64,000 nucleotides of DNA. Source: a virus. The stretch is from IMG/VR virus record IMGVR_UViG_3300024255_000006, positions 71,243-135,242 of that record; one strand, written 5' to 3'. Below the pieces are notes generated by a model. It made no database searches and was not told the origin of the DNA. It saw nothing but the letters and a program-made list of their open reading frames with translations. Position 1 is the first letter of the stretch. Each line of letters starts with the position of its first letter. A program made the position numbers and the translations under genes. Shown here piece by piece: positions 1-11,100 of this stretch.

Positions 1-2
1 AG

Positions 3-3000
3 GAAGCAATCGGATATGCAAAGGCGACTTATCCCAATCTAGCATGGAACCAATTAGAGTCTAAGTGCTCTAGAGATATTGGTCTCATTGTAGACGCATA
101 TGAACACGATGTTAGATTTGGTGGAAACTGGAAGACAATCCAGGCAGCAGAGTCTTATTTCAATAACGGTAACTTAGCGTATATCAATGCTCAGTTAACA
201 GAAAGTATTGCAACATATAAGTATGCAACTTCACTGTGTGTTGCTGCAATGAGAAATTGGGATCTTTCTTTAGATGGATGTACAATTACTGCAGGATCTG
301 ATCTTATCACAGTTCCAACAACATTGGGTCTGGCGGTTGGAATGGATGTTAGTAGTGGAGCACAGTTCTACCCAGGAACAAAATTACTAGAGATTCTTAG
401 CGACACAGAAGTTAGAGTATCGAATCCTGGTAATTTTAATTACAGTCCTAATATTATTTCGACCACAGTTGTTACATCAACAAATGTTACCTATGGTCCA
501 ACCACCGTTACAAATACAGGTCTTCTACATGTTGGTATTCCATCGACAGTTACTATTACAAGTACTGTAAACAACATTGACCAAGTTACATTCTCTTTCA
601 GCAGAATCAACAATGGAACATTTATGGATGCTGCTAATTTGATTGAGAAGAATAAAGAGTATATCAAGGAAGAAACTCTCGGATGGGTCAAGGCAACTTA
701 TCCTTCATTAGTTATTCCTAATGAAGCGAAATGTACCAGAGATACTGGATATCTAGTTGATGCATTTGTATACCATCTCAGATATGGAGGAAATGCAAAC
801 GTCGTAGATTTTGGTGAGAGATATTGGGTAGGAAACAAGTTGTCCTACATCAATACAGAATTTACCGAGAGTAAAGGTGCATATAGACATGCTACTGGTT
901 TGATGGTTAAGGCAATGAGAAATAATCTCACTACTGGTACATATACATCTATTGTTCCTTTTACAGATACATCTATTTTTTCAGATCCTGCTAGTTCATA
1001 TACATCTACTTGTGCTCAAGTTGAACAAACTCTCAACACTTACATCGACATTGTTGACGAAGTTCTAAACAAAGGAACTAACATCGTTGAAGTTTCTGAT
1101 GAGAATAGTCAACGTTCAGGTAACTATACTTCAACTCTAACTTACTCTAACAATAATATTCTAGCAGATAGTCTTTTTGCAGAATGTGCTATTGTACAAT
1201 CTGCTTTAGGATCACTCTTCGACAACATTAGCGATGTCTTAAATGCTCAGACAGTAGACACTGCATTACCCGATTATTTTGACGGAGAAAATGTTGATTT
1301 TGAATTGTATTACACTGATAACACACCAGTTAAAACATCTAAAAATGAAGATTTATTCGTAGGTGTAAATGGGGTGTTCCAGAGTGCAAAATATGATGCT
1401 ACATTCCCAAGAAATAACGCTTATCATATTGTAAGATCTTCTGTAGCATCTGAACCAGATAGAATTGTTTTCGCAGAACCACCAAAATGGGAGCAATCTC
1501 TCAATACAATTTTGGTACAAGAACCACTTGCAGTAGAAAAATTCTTTGCACATAATTTAGGTAAGTATCTGCGTCTATCAATTCAGTCAGAAAACTTCAA
1601 TGGAAAGACTCTAGGATCTTTCACTATGAGAAATGAGGAGACTGGTGATGTTGTTATTGTTGATGACGATAGATTCTTGCTCGTGTTCCTTGACGGTGTT
1701 CTACAAGAAAGAGAAAGAGCGTACACAATTAATGAATCGAGTATCACATTTAAGCAAGCTCCAAGATCAGGACAAAAAGTAAATATTGTTCTTCTCATTG
1801 GAGATTCTGTAGATCAACTTCTTAGTGCTTATAATTTTGAATCAAGCAAGTTTTATAATGAAATTGCAGTATCTGTTACTGGTGGATCTGCTGAGTACGC
1901 TACATTCAAAGAAAATATTAGAGAACGTTCTATCATCTATCAATTAGATAGTGGCGTCTATAAAACTCTAGGAATGTTTAAAAATCATCAACCTACTACT
2001 GGTGGATGGAAATTCCGTATGCTAGCACACAATCCAGACATCGATTTATCTCAACCAATCAGAATTGCATCAACTGTTGATATCGTCAATTCTTCATATA
2101 CATCGATTGATCTTGCTGCTCTCTCAACTAGTATAGATTATGTTGTGGATTCTGATAGTAATAGAGTCCTCAGAAAAGATACTACATCTTGGTTGTATGA
2201 TGTTGTAAAACCAACCATCACTGGACTTGAACCTGGAGATCAAATTAAGCTTGATGGTGAGACAGAATTCAGAACCGTCAAGAAAACTCCAAATACATTG
2301 ACCGCTCTAGACTATGCTTCTAATTCGGATATTTCCGATACTCTTGGAACTGTTAGCGTATCAAATTATAATGGAGTTCAAAGAGGAGAAGGACTTGATG
2401 TAGTAGCTACTGTAACTAATGGTGTTGTTACTAGTTTAACTTGGAATAAGAGAGACTATTCGAGAAACCCAGATGCTTATCAATACAATACTGCACCTAC
2501 TCTCGTTTTTGAACCTGTTGATCAAAATGGTGGCGGTGCTAGGGCATATGTTATTGTTAGTGGTGGTGAAATTATCGATGTTATTCTTGACCATGGTGGT
2601 AGTGGTTACACTTCTTCTCCTATCGTCAATGTAACAAGAAGATACAAGATCAAGAAGAAAAAGAGAACCATTGATACCAAATATACTATTGGTGTCCAAG
2701 GCAAAACTTCTGGTGGATTTAACACATATGCAACTCTAGTCCGCACACCAACTAATAATGGATTTGAAAGCACACAACTTGCTAGACTTGGATCTTCTGA
2801 ACTAGCAGTTAGACTAACAGATCAAAATGTTCTGGATCCACAACCAATTTCACATAAAGAAACATATATTGAGAGAACTCGTACTATCAGACCAGTTGAA
2901 TCTGCATTGATGGTCTCTACTCCAACTCAATCTATTGTGGATTACAAACTGCAGAAGATTCTTACTACAAGTGTAAGTTCATCTACTGCTTTTACTACGA

Positions 3001-3281
3001 ATCATCCTCCAACAACTCAGTCTGTACCTATGGGAACAGCGCAGCAGTCTTCTATTAAGATTGCAACTATGTTGGACGTTGATTATTCCGCAGGTGATCC
3101 ATACGTATTTGCAAATACTGTTCAGTTCCCAGCAACAGGAATTATTCAGGTTGGTCTATATCAACTTGAGTACAGCTCTAAAGTTTCTGATCGTTTCACC
3201 ATCGATTATGGAAGCGCAAATACATTGCAACCATCCAACGGAGGAATAGTCACTGCAGGAAACCTCGCTAGAGAAGTATAA
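3..3281 (+). CDS. Baseplate wedge protein (gp7-like 'wedge initiator' of cyanomyoviruses), 5'-truncated by the window edge
   Basis: The frame is open from nt 3 (EAIGYAKATYPNLAW...) into the 249..3281 ORF, so ATG249 is internal. It lies directly upstream of gp8. It carries two 'LFVGVNGVFQ / LVFLDGVLQE...YTI...ITF..AP' wedge modules typical of cyanophage baseplate proteins. Confidence 0.7.
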   Translation, partial: EAIGYAKATYPNLAWNQLESKCSRDIGLIVDAYEHDVRFGGNWKTIQAAESYFNNGNLAYINAQLTESIATYKYATSLCVAAMRNWDLSLDGCTITAGSDLITVPTTLGLAVGMDVSSGAQFYPGTKLLEILSDTEVRVSNPGNFNYSPNIISTTVVTSTNVTYGPTTVTNTGLLHVGIPSTVTITSTVNNIDQVTFSFSRINNGTFMDAANLIEKNKEYIKEETLGWVKATYPSLVIPNEAKCTRDTGYLVDAFVYHLRYGGNANVVDFGERYWVGNKLSYINTEFTESKGAYRHATGLMVKAMRNNLTTGTYTSIVPFTDTSIFSDPASSYTSTCAQVEQTLNTYIDIVDEVLNKGTNIVEVSDENSQRSGNYTSTLTYSNNNILADSLFAECAIVQSALGSLFDNISDVLNAQTVDTALPDYFDGENVDFELYYTDNTPVKTSKNEDLFVGVNGVFQSAKYDATFPRNNAYHIVRSSVASEPDRIVFAEPPKWEQSLNTILVQEPLAVEKFFAHNLGKYLRLSIQSENFNGKTLGSFTMRNEETGDVVIVDDDRFLLVFLDGVLQERERAYTINESSITFKQAPRSGQKVNIVLLIGDSVDQLLSAYNFESSKFYNEIAVSVTGGSAEYATFKENIRERSIIYQLDSGVYKTLGMFKNHQPTTGGWKFRMLAHNPDIDLSQPIRIASTVDIVNSSYTSIDLAALSTSIDYVVDSDSNRVLRKDTTSWLYDVVKPTITGLEPGDQIKLDGETEFRTVKKTPNTLTALDYASNSDISDTLGTVSVSNYNGVQRGEGLDVVATVTNGVVTSLTWNKRDYSRNPDAYQYNTAPTLVFEPVDQNGGGARAYVIVSGGEIIDVILDHGGSGYTSSPIVNVTRRYKIKKKKRTIDTKYTIGVQGKTSGGFNTYATLVRTPTNNGFESTQLARLGSSELAVRLTDQNVLDPQPISHKETYIERTRTIRPVESALMVSTPTQSIVDYKLQKILTTSVSSSTAFTTNHPPTTQSVPMGTAQQSSIKIATMLDVDYSAGDPYVFANTVQFPATGIIQVGLYQLEYSSKVSDRFTIDYGSANTLQPSNGGIVTAGNLAREV

Positions 3282-3301
3282 ATAAATTATCAATATAAAT
3301 A
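3277..3301 (+). promoter_or_regulatory. Two tandem T4-type late promoters (TATAAATA at 3277-3284 and 3294-3301)
   Basis: Exact T4 gp55 late consensus, intergenic, upstream of gp8. Confidence 0.85.
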
Positions 3302-3338
3302 AGTTGGATCCAACTGTAGCAATCTACCTTAATCAATT

Positions 3339-5167
3339 ATGTCGGCACTCATTTCTGAAAATTTTCGTATTTTTAACGCACAGCAGTTTCTAGAGTCATT
3401 ATCCGAAGGAGCTAATGACCAGGATCCTGCAAAGTCTCGTATGTACTTCTTTGTAGGTAGATCTGATCCCTGGAATTCTTACCTAGAAATCTATAACGTT
3501 GGAGGAACTGCCGCATTTGCAGTTGGAGATAGCATCTATGATGCTGGTGCTTCTGGAGCAACTGCATATGGATCTACCACATTTGCATCTACAGTTGTCG
3601 CAGTATATCCTAATTCACTTTTAGTTAACAACCAAGTTCCCGCTGCTGCAGTTCCTGGTATTGGTAACGTTATTAAGGGTTACTCTGGTGGATCCGATAC
3701 TGGTGCTGAAGCAGAAGCAGGTGTTTATCGTTTGCCGACGAACAGAATGCACCCGCTCCTCTTGATAACCAAGAAGAGAAGTTTAATGTATACAGAGAGA
3801 TTATCGGCGCTAAAAGAGTTGAGTCGTCGAATGTAATCTCAGTTATTCCTCGCCTTAACTGGAATACAGCGTTGAACCCAACGTTCGATATGTACAAACC
3901 TGACTATAGTGCAGTTCCTTCGACTGGTGGTTCTTCTAAACAGACCACAACTGGTCAAACTTCACTTGGTGCAGCAAAACTTTACGTAATGAATACTAAC
4001 TACGAAGTATTCAAGTGCATCTATAACAAGGAAGATCTTGCACCTGGAACAAACACGGCATCTGATATGCCTGTAACATCAGCAAACTATGCTAATGGTG
4101 TTTACAGTGGTCCTAACGATGGATATCGTTGGAAGTATCTTTACACTATGACCACACAGCAAGTCATGGACTTCTTGTCCAGCGACTTCATGCCTATTGG
4201 AACATATGCTGGTCCTGCTGCTGTTGATGGCGCAATCGATACAATTTTTGTTTCTGCAACTGGTAGTGGACTACCTGCAAACAAAACTGGTGCTAGCGCA
4301 CTATATGCTCCAATCCTAGGAGATGGTACAGGTGGTATCGCTAAGTTTGAAACCGATGGTTCTGGTACAATTACTTCAGCAGAAGTACATGCTGCAGGAG
4401 CAGGATATACCTATGCTGCAATTGCACTAGAGACTGGTGCTGGAACTGGTGCTGGTGGAGATGCATATGGTGTATTTGCTGACTCTGCTCTAGCAACTGC
4501 AGAAACTATTGCTGCTGGTGCTCGCGGTGAACTAGAAGCAATCATTCCTCCTCAAGGTGGTCATGGTTCAAATCTAGCACAAGAGATGAACGCTAAGCGT
4601 GTGATGGTAAACGTTCGTCTAACTTATGATGAAGGTCAAGGTGACTTCCCTGTAGAGAACGAATTCCGTAGAATCGGTATTATTCGCGATCCTCTTCAGT
4701 GGGGTTCTACTTCTTTCCTAGCAACTAACACTGCATCTGGTGTATATGCTGTACGAGTTACTGGTACAGGTCTTTCCAACTCATCTTTTGGTGGAGATAA
4801 TATCATCCAACAAACAGTAACTGGTGGAACTGCTAAAGGAAGTGTTGTTTCTTGGGAACTAGATGATAGCAGCACTACATCTGGCGTTCTTAAGTATTAT
4901 CAGTCACCAGAACTTCACAAAGATTCTGGTATTGTTCGTGCTTTTGAATCAAACGCTGCTAACGCAGTTGTAGATCAAGGCACCAACGGTTCAGTAAACG
5001 TAGCAACAACATCTACCGAAACTGTTAGAGGAGTTACTTTTACTGCTGGTTTAGCAAATCCAGAAATTAAAACAAACTCTGGCGAACTCGTATACATAGA
5101 GAACAGAAGACTTATTACTAGATCTTCCGATCAAATCGAAGATATTAAACTAGTAATCGAATTCTAA
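3339..5167 (+). CDS. gp8: Baseplate wedge subunit gp8, split by a -1 frameshift near 3731
   Basis: N-terminal MSALISENFRIFNAQQFLESL...MYFFVGR, middle FDMYKPDY/YVMNTNYEVFKCIYN/DGYRWKYLYT and C-terminal YIENRRLITRSSDQIEDIKLVIEF are all gp8-like. Switching to the frame of the second ORF at 3731 gives continuous gp8-like text (GVYR-FADEQNAPAPLDNQEEKFNVYREIIGAKRV...PRLNW). Confidence 0.85.
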
Positions 5168-5190
5168 TTCCATGTTAGACTTGGTTTACG

Positions 5191-8100
5191 ATGCCCCAGA
5201 AGACAAATTTAAACGTATCACCATATTACGATGATTATGATGCGAAAAGGAACTTTTATAGGGTTCTTTTTCGCCCTGGTTATGCTATCCAAGCAAGAGA
5301 ATTAACTCAACTTCAATCTATTTTACAAAATCAGATTGAGTCGATTGGTAGAAGGCAGTTTAAACAAGGGGATCTTGTAATCCCAGGTGAAGTTGGTCTT
5401 AACAATAAATTAGACTACGTAAAGTTGTCCTCAGTTAGCGAAGTTGCTATCTCTGAGGGCAATTCTGTTGTCTATAAAAAGTACGATATTTCTTTGCTAG
5501 TTGATCAGACGTTGAGGGGCATCACGTCTGGAGTTACTGGTACAGTAATTACAACTAGATATGCAACAGAATCGTCATCAGATACGATTTATGTAAACTA
5601 CACCAGCAGTGGAAACGCAAACAACGAATCTACATTCCGTCAAGGGGAAACACTAGAAGTCGTAGATGGCGTCAATACGCCTCTCCTAGTGGTCGGAACT
5701 GATGGAAGCGTTCTTCCCACCTCCGTTACTACTACGGACCCTGATACGGGCATAGAGACCTCACAGAGCAGTTCTGCTGTGGGGTTTGCATCTGCTGTTA
5801 AAGTAGAAGAAGGCATTTACTTCGTCAATGGTCATTTTGTTAGAAATGATGAGGATCTCATCATTCTAGATGCATATACAAATTCACCATCAGCAAAAGT
5901 AGGATTTAAGATCTCCGAGTCGCTAGCGACTCCAGAAGAAGATAATACTCTTTACGATCAAGCGAGAGGGTTTGCTAACTTTAGTGCTCCTGGAGCACAT
6001 CGTCTACTGATCAAACTAAATCTAGAAAAGTATGATCTAGATGCAAGCACCGATAGCAACTTCATTCAACTTGTATCTGTAAAAAAAGGTGCTGTACAAA
6101 GAAAAATTAAAGCAGCAGATTATAACATTATTGAAGAGACTCTAGCAAGAAGAACTTACGACGAGTCTGGAGATTATGTTGTTGAGGATTTTCCATCAGA
6201 AATTCGTGAATATTATCAGAGAAATGGTAACAGAGGATTATACTCAAAGAATACTGAAACTGATCTAGTTAATGGACTTGATGAATCGTCTGCAGCAGAA
6301 AAACTAATCCTTTCTTTGGGTGCTGGTAAGGCATACATTAAAGGATATGAAATCGTCAATAAAGAAGCGAAATATTTAACTCTCAATAAATCCAGAGAGT
6401 CTCTTGAAAGAGACAACATTACACTCAAGCACACTGGTCTAAGTTCATATTATCTCACAAACGTTTATAATACAGTTCCACTGAACTCATTTGATGCTGA
6501 ACTAACAGCATTCCCATCACTATATCTCAACAAAGTTTTTTCTGACGGTTCTATTGGTCAGAATAATTCTGAGGCAAGTACATCTCAGAAGCAGACAAGA
6601 TCCAGAAGAACATCAACCTTTGATAGTGATCAGGCAATCAAAACTGTTCTTATTGATATTACTACAACTGCAACTGGAAAAACTTTTGCGGACTTAAACG
6701 ACTCTACATTTGAGTCCACATTTGGTAGTTTCTTTGTTCGTTTGTCTTCACAAAGCAATGATACTAAGGAAATTACATCACTTGCTTTCTCTAAGTTTAA
6801 CGGCACAACTTTCTTAGGTGCTGGTCAATACGTAGAGTTTACATTTGTTGGACGTAGAGACATTATTGATACTATTCTAAAAGAATACAATGATAATGAC
6901 GCTGTAGATAAGAGAACAAAACTATTCTTTACAGAAAATGGAGCAGAGAGTTCCGATTCAACAGATATCTTTGGTAAAATTGTTTCTTATTCCGAGACTA
7001 TTGTTCCTACAATTGGACTAGCAAAACCAAAGAATATGGTTCTTCAAGAAAGAGGATCAGGATTCGATCCAAACTCAGACAGAATTCTTTCTAAAGGAAG
7101 AATTGGAAGCACTGGAGTTTACAATACGACTTTTAAAATGTCGTACTTCAATCCAGTATTTCTAACAAAAATTTTGTTAGATAGTGAAATTCCATCTGGT
7201 CAGTTCCAAACTGGTAAGTACGTTTCTGGAACAAGAAGTGGTGCTTATGGAGTTATCGAAGGATCTCCAAATGGATATCTAACTTCAGGAAACAGAATTT
7301 ATCTAAAAGTAATTTCAGGAGAATTCCAGCAGGGAGAGACCATCGTAGATGAAGCAGGTAATTCACTCAGAATTGCAACAGAAAATACGATCTCACACTT
7401 TATCGTTGATAACAGAGGAATCAACTACGGTGGTTTGAGTGCTGCTGTTATTGATGGCGTAACATATGATCCTTCTGTTGTAGGTGTAGATATTGATCCT
7501 TCAACTGGAGTCTATAAATTAAATGTTAGAAAGAGAGCACTACTCGCTAACAGATATGCACAACCACCAAGTGTAGTAATCTCAACCACGTCTACCCAAT
7601 TCAATTCAGCTAATGCTGCAGTTGTACGTGCAATTCTATTCAAGAACGTCATTGAGACTTACACACCACAAAATGTTAAGTCTATGTGGGCACGTTTTGG
7701 TGTTGCACCACAAGGAGCATCTGCACCAAATCTATTCACTTCTGATGTAGAGCTATCAAGAACCAGTTATATTGATTCAACTACTGTAACCGATTTTACT
7801 TTCAGTGGTAATCAAGGCGAACAATATCTTGAGTGTACTGGTTTTGGAGGGGATGCTTCTAAATTCCTAACTCAAGGAGATCTAGTTCAGTTCTCTGATG
7901 CTAATAATAATGTTGTACAGGCAATTGTACAATTAGCAACTAAACCAGAAGGAACTAAAAAATCCAGAATTTATCTAGACTCATTAGTACCAGAAGATGT
8001 TTCAGCATCTACTGTATTGAGAGTGAGACCACAGATTAATAACGCTTCCAAGTCCACGCTGATCTTTCCAACTGGATCCAAGCAAATCAGATCACTTGTT

Positions 8101-11100
8101 AAGAACTCAGACGATACTGCTATCAAGATGTATCAGAGAAGGGACTTCGTTCTTGACTCATCTGCTGCTGGTGGTAATATCACATTCAGAGCACAACTTG
8201 AATTTGGTACTCAGAAATTTGTAAACTTTACAGAAGACAATTTTGTTCTATCTGTTCTTGATAAAGGTAATGCAACTTCAGTAGAAACTGGAGATATTGT
8301 ATATGTACCCGAGGATCAAGTAACAGTTGCTTCTTCTACTGATAGTACAACTGGATTGACTGCTGGTAGTGTTACTGTTACTTTACCTGCGAACTACTTT
8401 GGAGCACTATCAGGAGGATCTATATATCCAAAACTAAAACTAAGTGCTACTCTAGAGGTTACAAAAGCACGTCCGAGACTTAAGACTGTTGTAAGGAACA
8501 AACAGATTCTAATTAAACCAACAGGAGACAGAATTCTTCCTTTCAGAGGTCAAGACATCAACGCAGCAGAAATCAATACTATTTCTTATGCTGATGCATT
8601 TAAGGTCAACTATATTTACGAAGGATCGCCAACATCAGCACCCGAAGTAGATAGTTCAGGTAAGTTGATTAATGGTACTGATGTTACTAATAGATTCAAC
8701 TTTGATAATGGTCAGAGAGACACTCTATATGATGTATCTCGTATTGTTCTAAAACCTGGATTTGAAAATCCAACTGGTCAGATTTTGATTTCATTTGACT
8801 ACTTTGATCATTCTCAAGGTGACTTCTGTGTCGTAGATTCTTATCTACACGAAGCAGGTGTACCAGCAGATGAAATTCCACAATTTAACTCATCTGTATA
8901 TGGAGTAACAAACCTTCGAGATGTTATTGATTTCAGACCAAAGGTAGACAGTGAAGCGACTGTTACGGGATTCCAAGATCAGTCTATCTTTGCAAACTCT
9001 ATTTTCAACAACTTTACTGGAGATAGTGGTGTCGTATCAAGTTGCCCTGCATCTGATAGTAATCTTCCATGGACAATCTCATTCTATCAGAATCAATATC
9101 TAGATAGAATTGATGGTTTGTTCTTGAATAAGAAAGGTGAGTTTATCATCAAGGAAGGAAATTCATCTCTCAATCCATCCAAACCAGAGATGGTTGATGA
9201 TGCAATTGTTCTAGCATACATTTACATTCCTGCTTACACAAGCAAGAGCACAGATGTAAGAATTGTTCCTGTTGATAATCGTCGATTCACTATGCGTGAT
9301 ATCGGCAAACTAGAAAAGCGTGTTGAAAGACTTGAGTATTACACTCTCCTTAGTGTTTTAGAGCAGCAAGCTCTCAATATGCAAATCAAAGACCAATCTG
9401 GATTTGAAAGACTTAAGAGTGGTTTTGTAGTCGATAACTTTGAGACACATAAAGTAGGAAATCTAGCATCAGAAGATTATAAGTGTTCTATTGATACAAA
9501 GCAGTCTGTACTCAGACCTCAAGCGAGAGAAGACTCTTTAGAGTTGCAGGAAGTTAATACTACAAATGATCAACGTGTTGTATCTGGATATCAAAGAAGT
9601 GGTGATGTTATTACTTTACCATATACAAATCTAACTCTAATTGAGAATCCATTCGCAACAAAGACTATCAAACCAAATCCATTTGTTGTGGTTCAGTATG
9701 TTGGAGATGCGTCTTTGGATGCACCTGTTGACTCATGGTATGAGAATACCGATGCTCCTTTGATCACTGATAACAATGCTCAAACATATACTATTTTCTT
9801 AGCGAAAGATAACGTAAGAGAAGCATATTCAAGTTTATATAACTCTTACAGAGTAAACTGGGTTGGATCTGATGACTCATTCTTTAATATTGGATCTCTA
9901 TCAGATATTAATAGTGATCAGGTATCTTCTACAGTAAAAATTGCTTCAGTAGGAAGTTCTTCAAATATCAGTCCACAAAACCACGAGACTGGTCAAGGTC
10001 TAAAGACCAAGCTTGTTGGAGATTCTGCTGTTGCAACATCTCTACAACAGTTCTGTAGATCAAAAGTTCTCAAGTTCACCATCAGAAGAATGAAGGCGAA
10101 CACTAAAATTTATCCCTTCATTGAGGGAAGAGACATTAGTCGATGGACATGCCCCGATCTCAGATTTAGTGGTATGTCTGGTAATTCTCTAGGAACGTTT
10201 GGTGGAGAACTTGTTACCGATAGTGCTGGTAATGCAAGTGGTATCATTATATTCCCTAATGGATTACCACCTGTAGAAGGAAGCACATGGAACAACTATC
10301 TCTTTAACGTTCAATATGATACCAACGGAGAAGAACTACAATTCACTGTTGGTGAAAAGACTATCAGATTCACGTCAAGTGCAACTGATGAATTAAAAGA
10401 GAATGTAACCACATTTACAGAAGTCAAGTATTATCCTACTGGTGTTACACCAAGGAATCCTGCATCTATCATTTCAACTCTACCAGCAGAGTTCAAATCA
10501 AATGAAGGTAAGCAGATTGTAGATACAGATACGCAGACCAAGAAGAATCCAAGTCCCCTTACTCAAACATTCAAAGTTGAGAATATGGATGGTGGATGTT
10601 TTGTAACTGGAATCAATCTCTTCTTTAATAAGAAAGATTCTAAGGTTCCTGTTAGAACTTATCTGACTTCTACTGAAAGTGGTAAACCAGGCAAGTTTAT
10701 TGTTCCTGGAACTGTTAAAACAGTTGACTCGGAAACTAAACTTAAAGTATTCATCTCCCAAGACGGTAGTGTTGAGATTGGAGAAATTGTAACTGGAAAT
10801 ACTTCAGGTGCGTCTGGTCCTGTGTATAAGATCTTTGATAGAACTAATACTGAAGTTCTACCTGGAACTGGTAACAAGATTCCTCTATCAGCAGATCAAG
10901 TATATACATTGATTTTGTCTAATAACAATGGATCTTCATTCCAGAAAGCAGAGACACTAGAAGTTCCATCTTTGACCTTAGCAAATAACACTAACAATAC
11001 CAGTATCACTCTTACTATTGCAAGAGATTCTGGTAAACTTACTGATCTAAAAGTTATTTCTAAAGGATCAAACTATGATACCGCATCGATGACTATTGAG

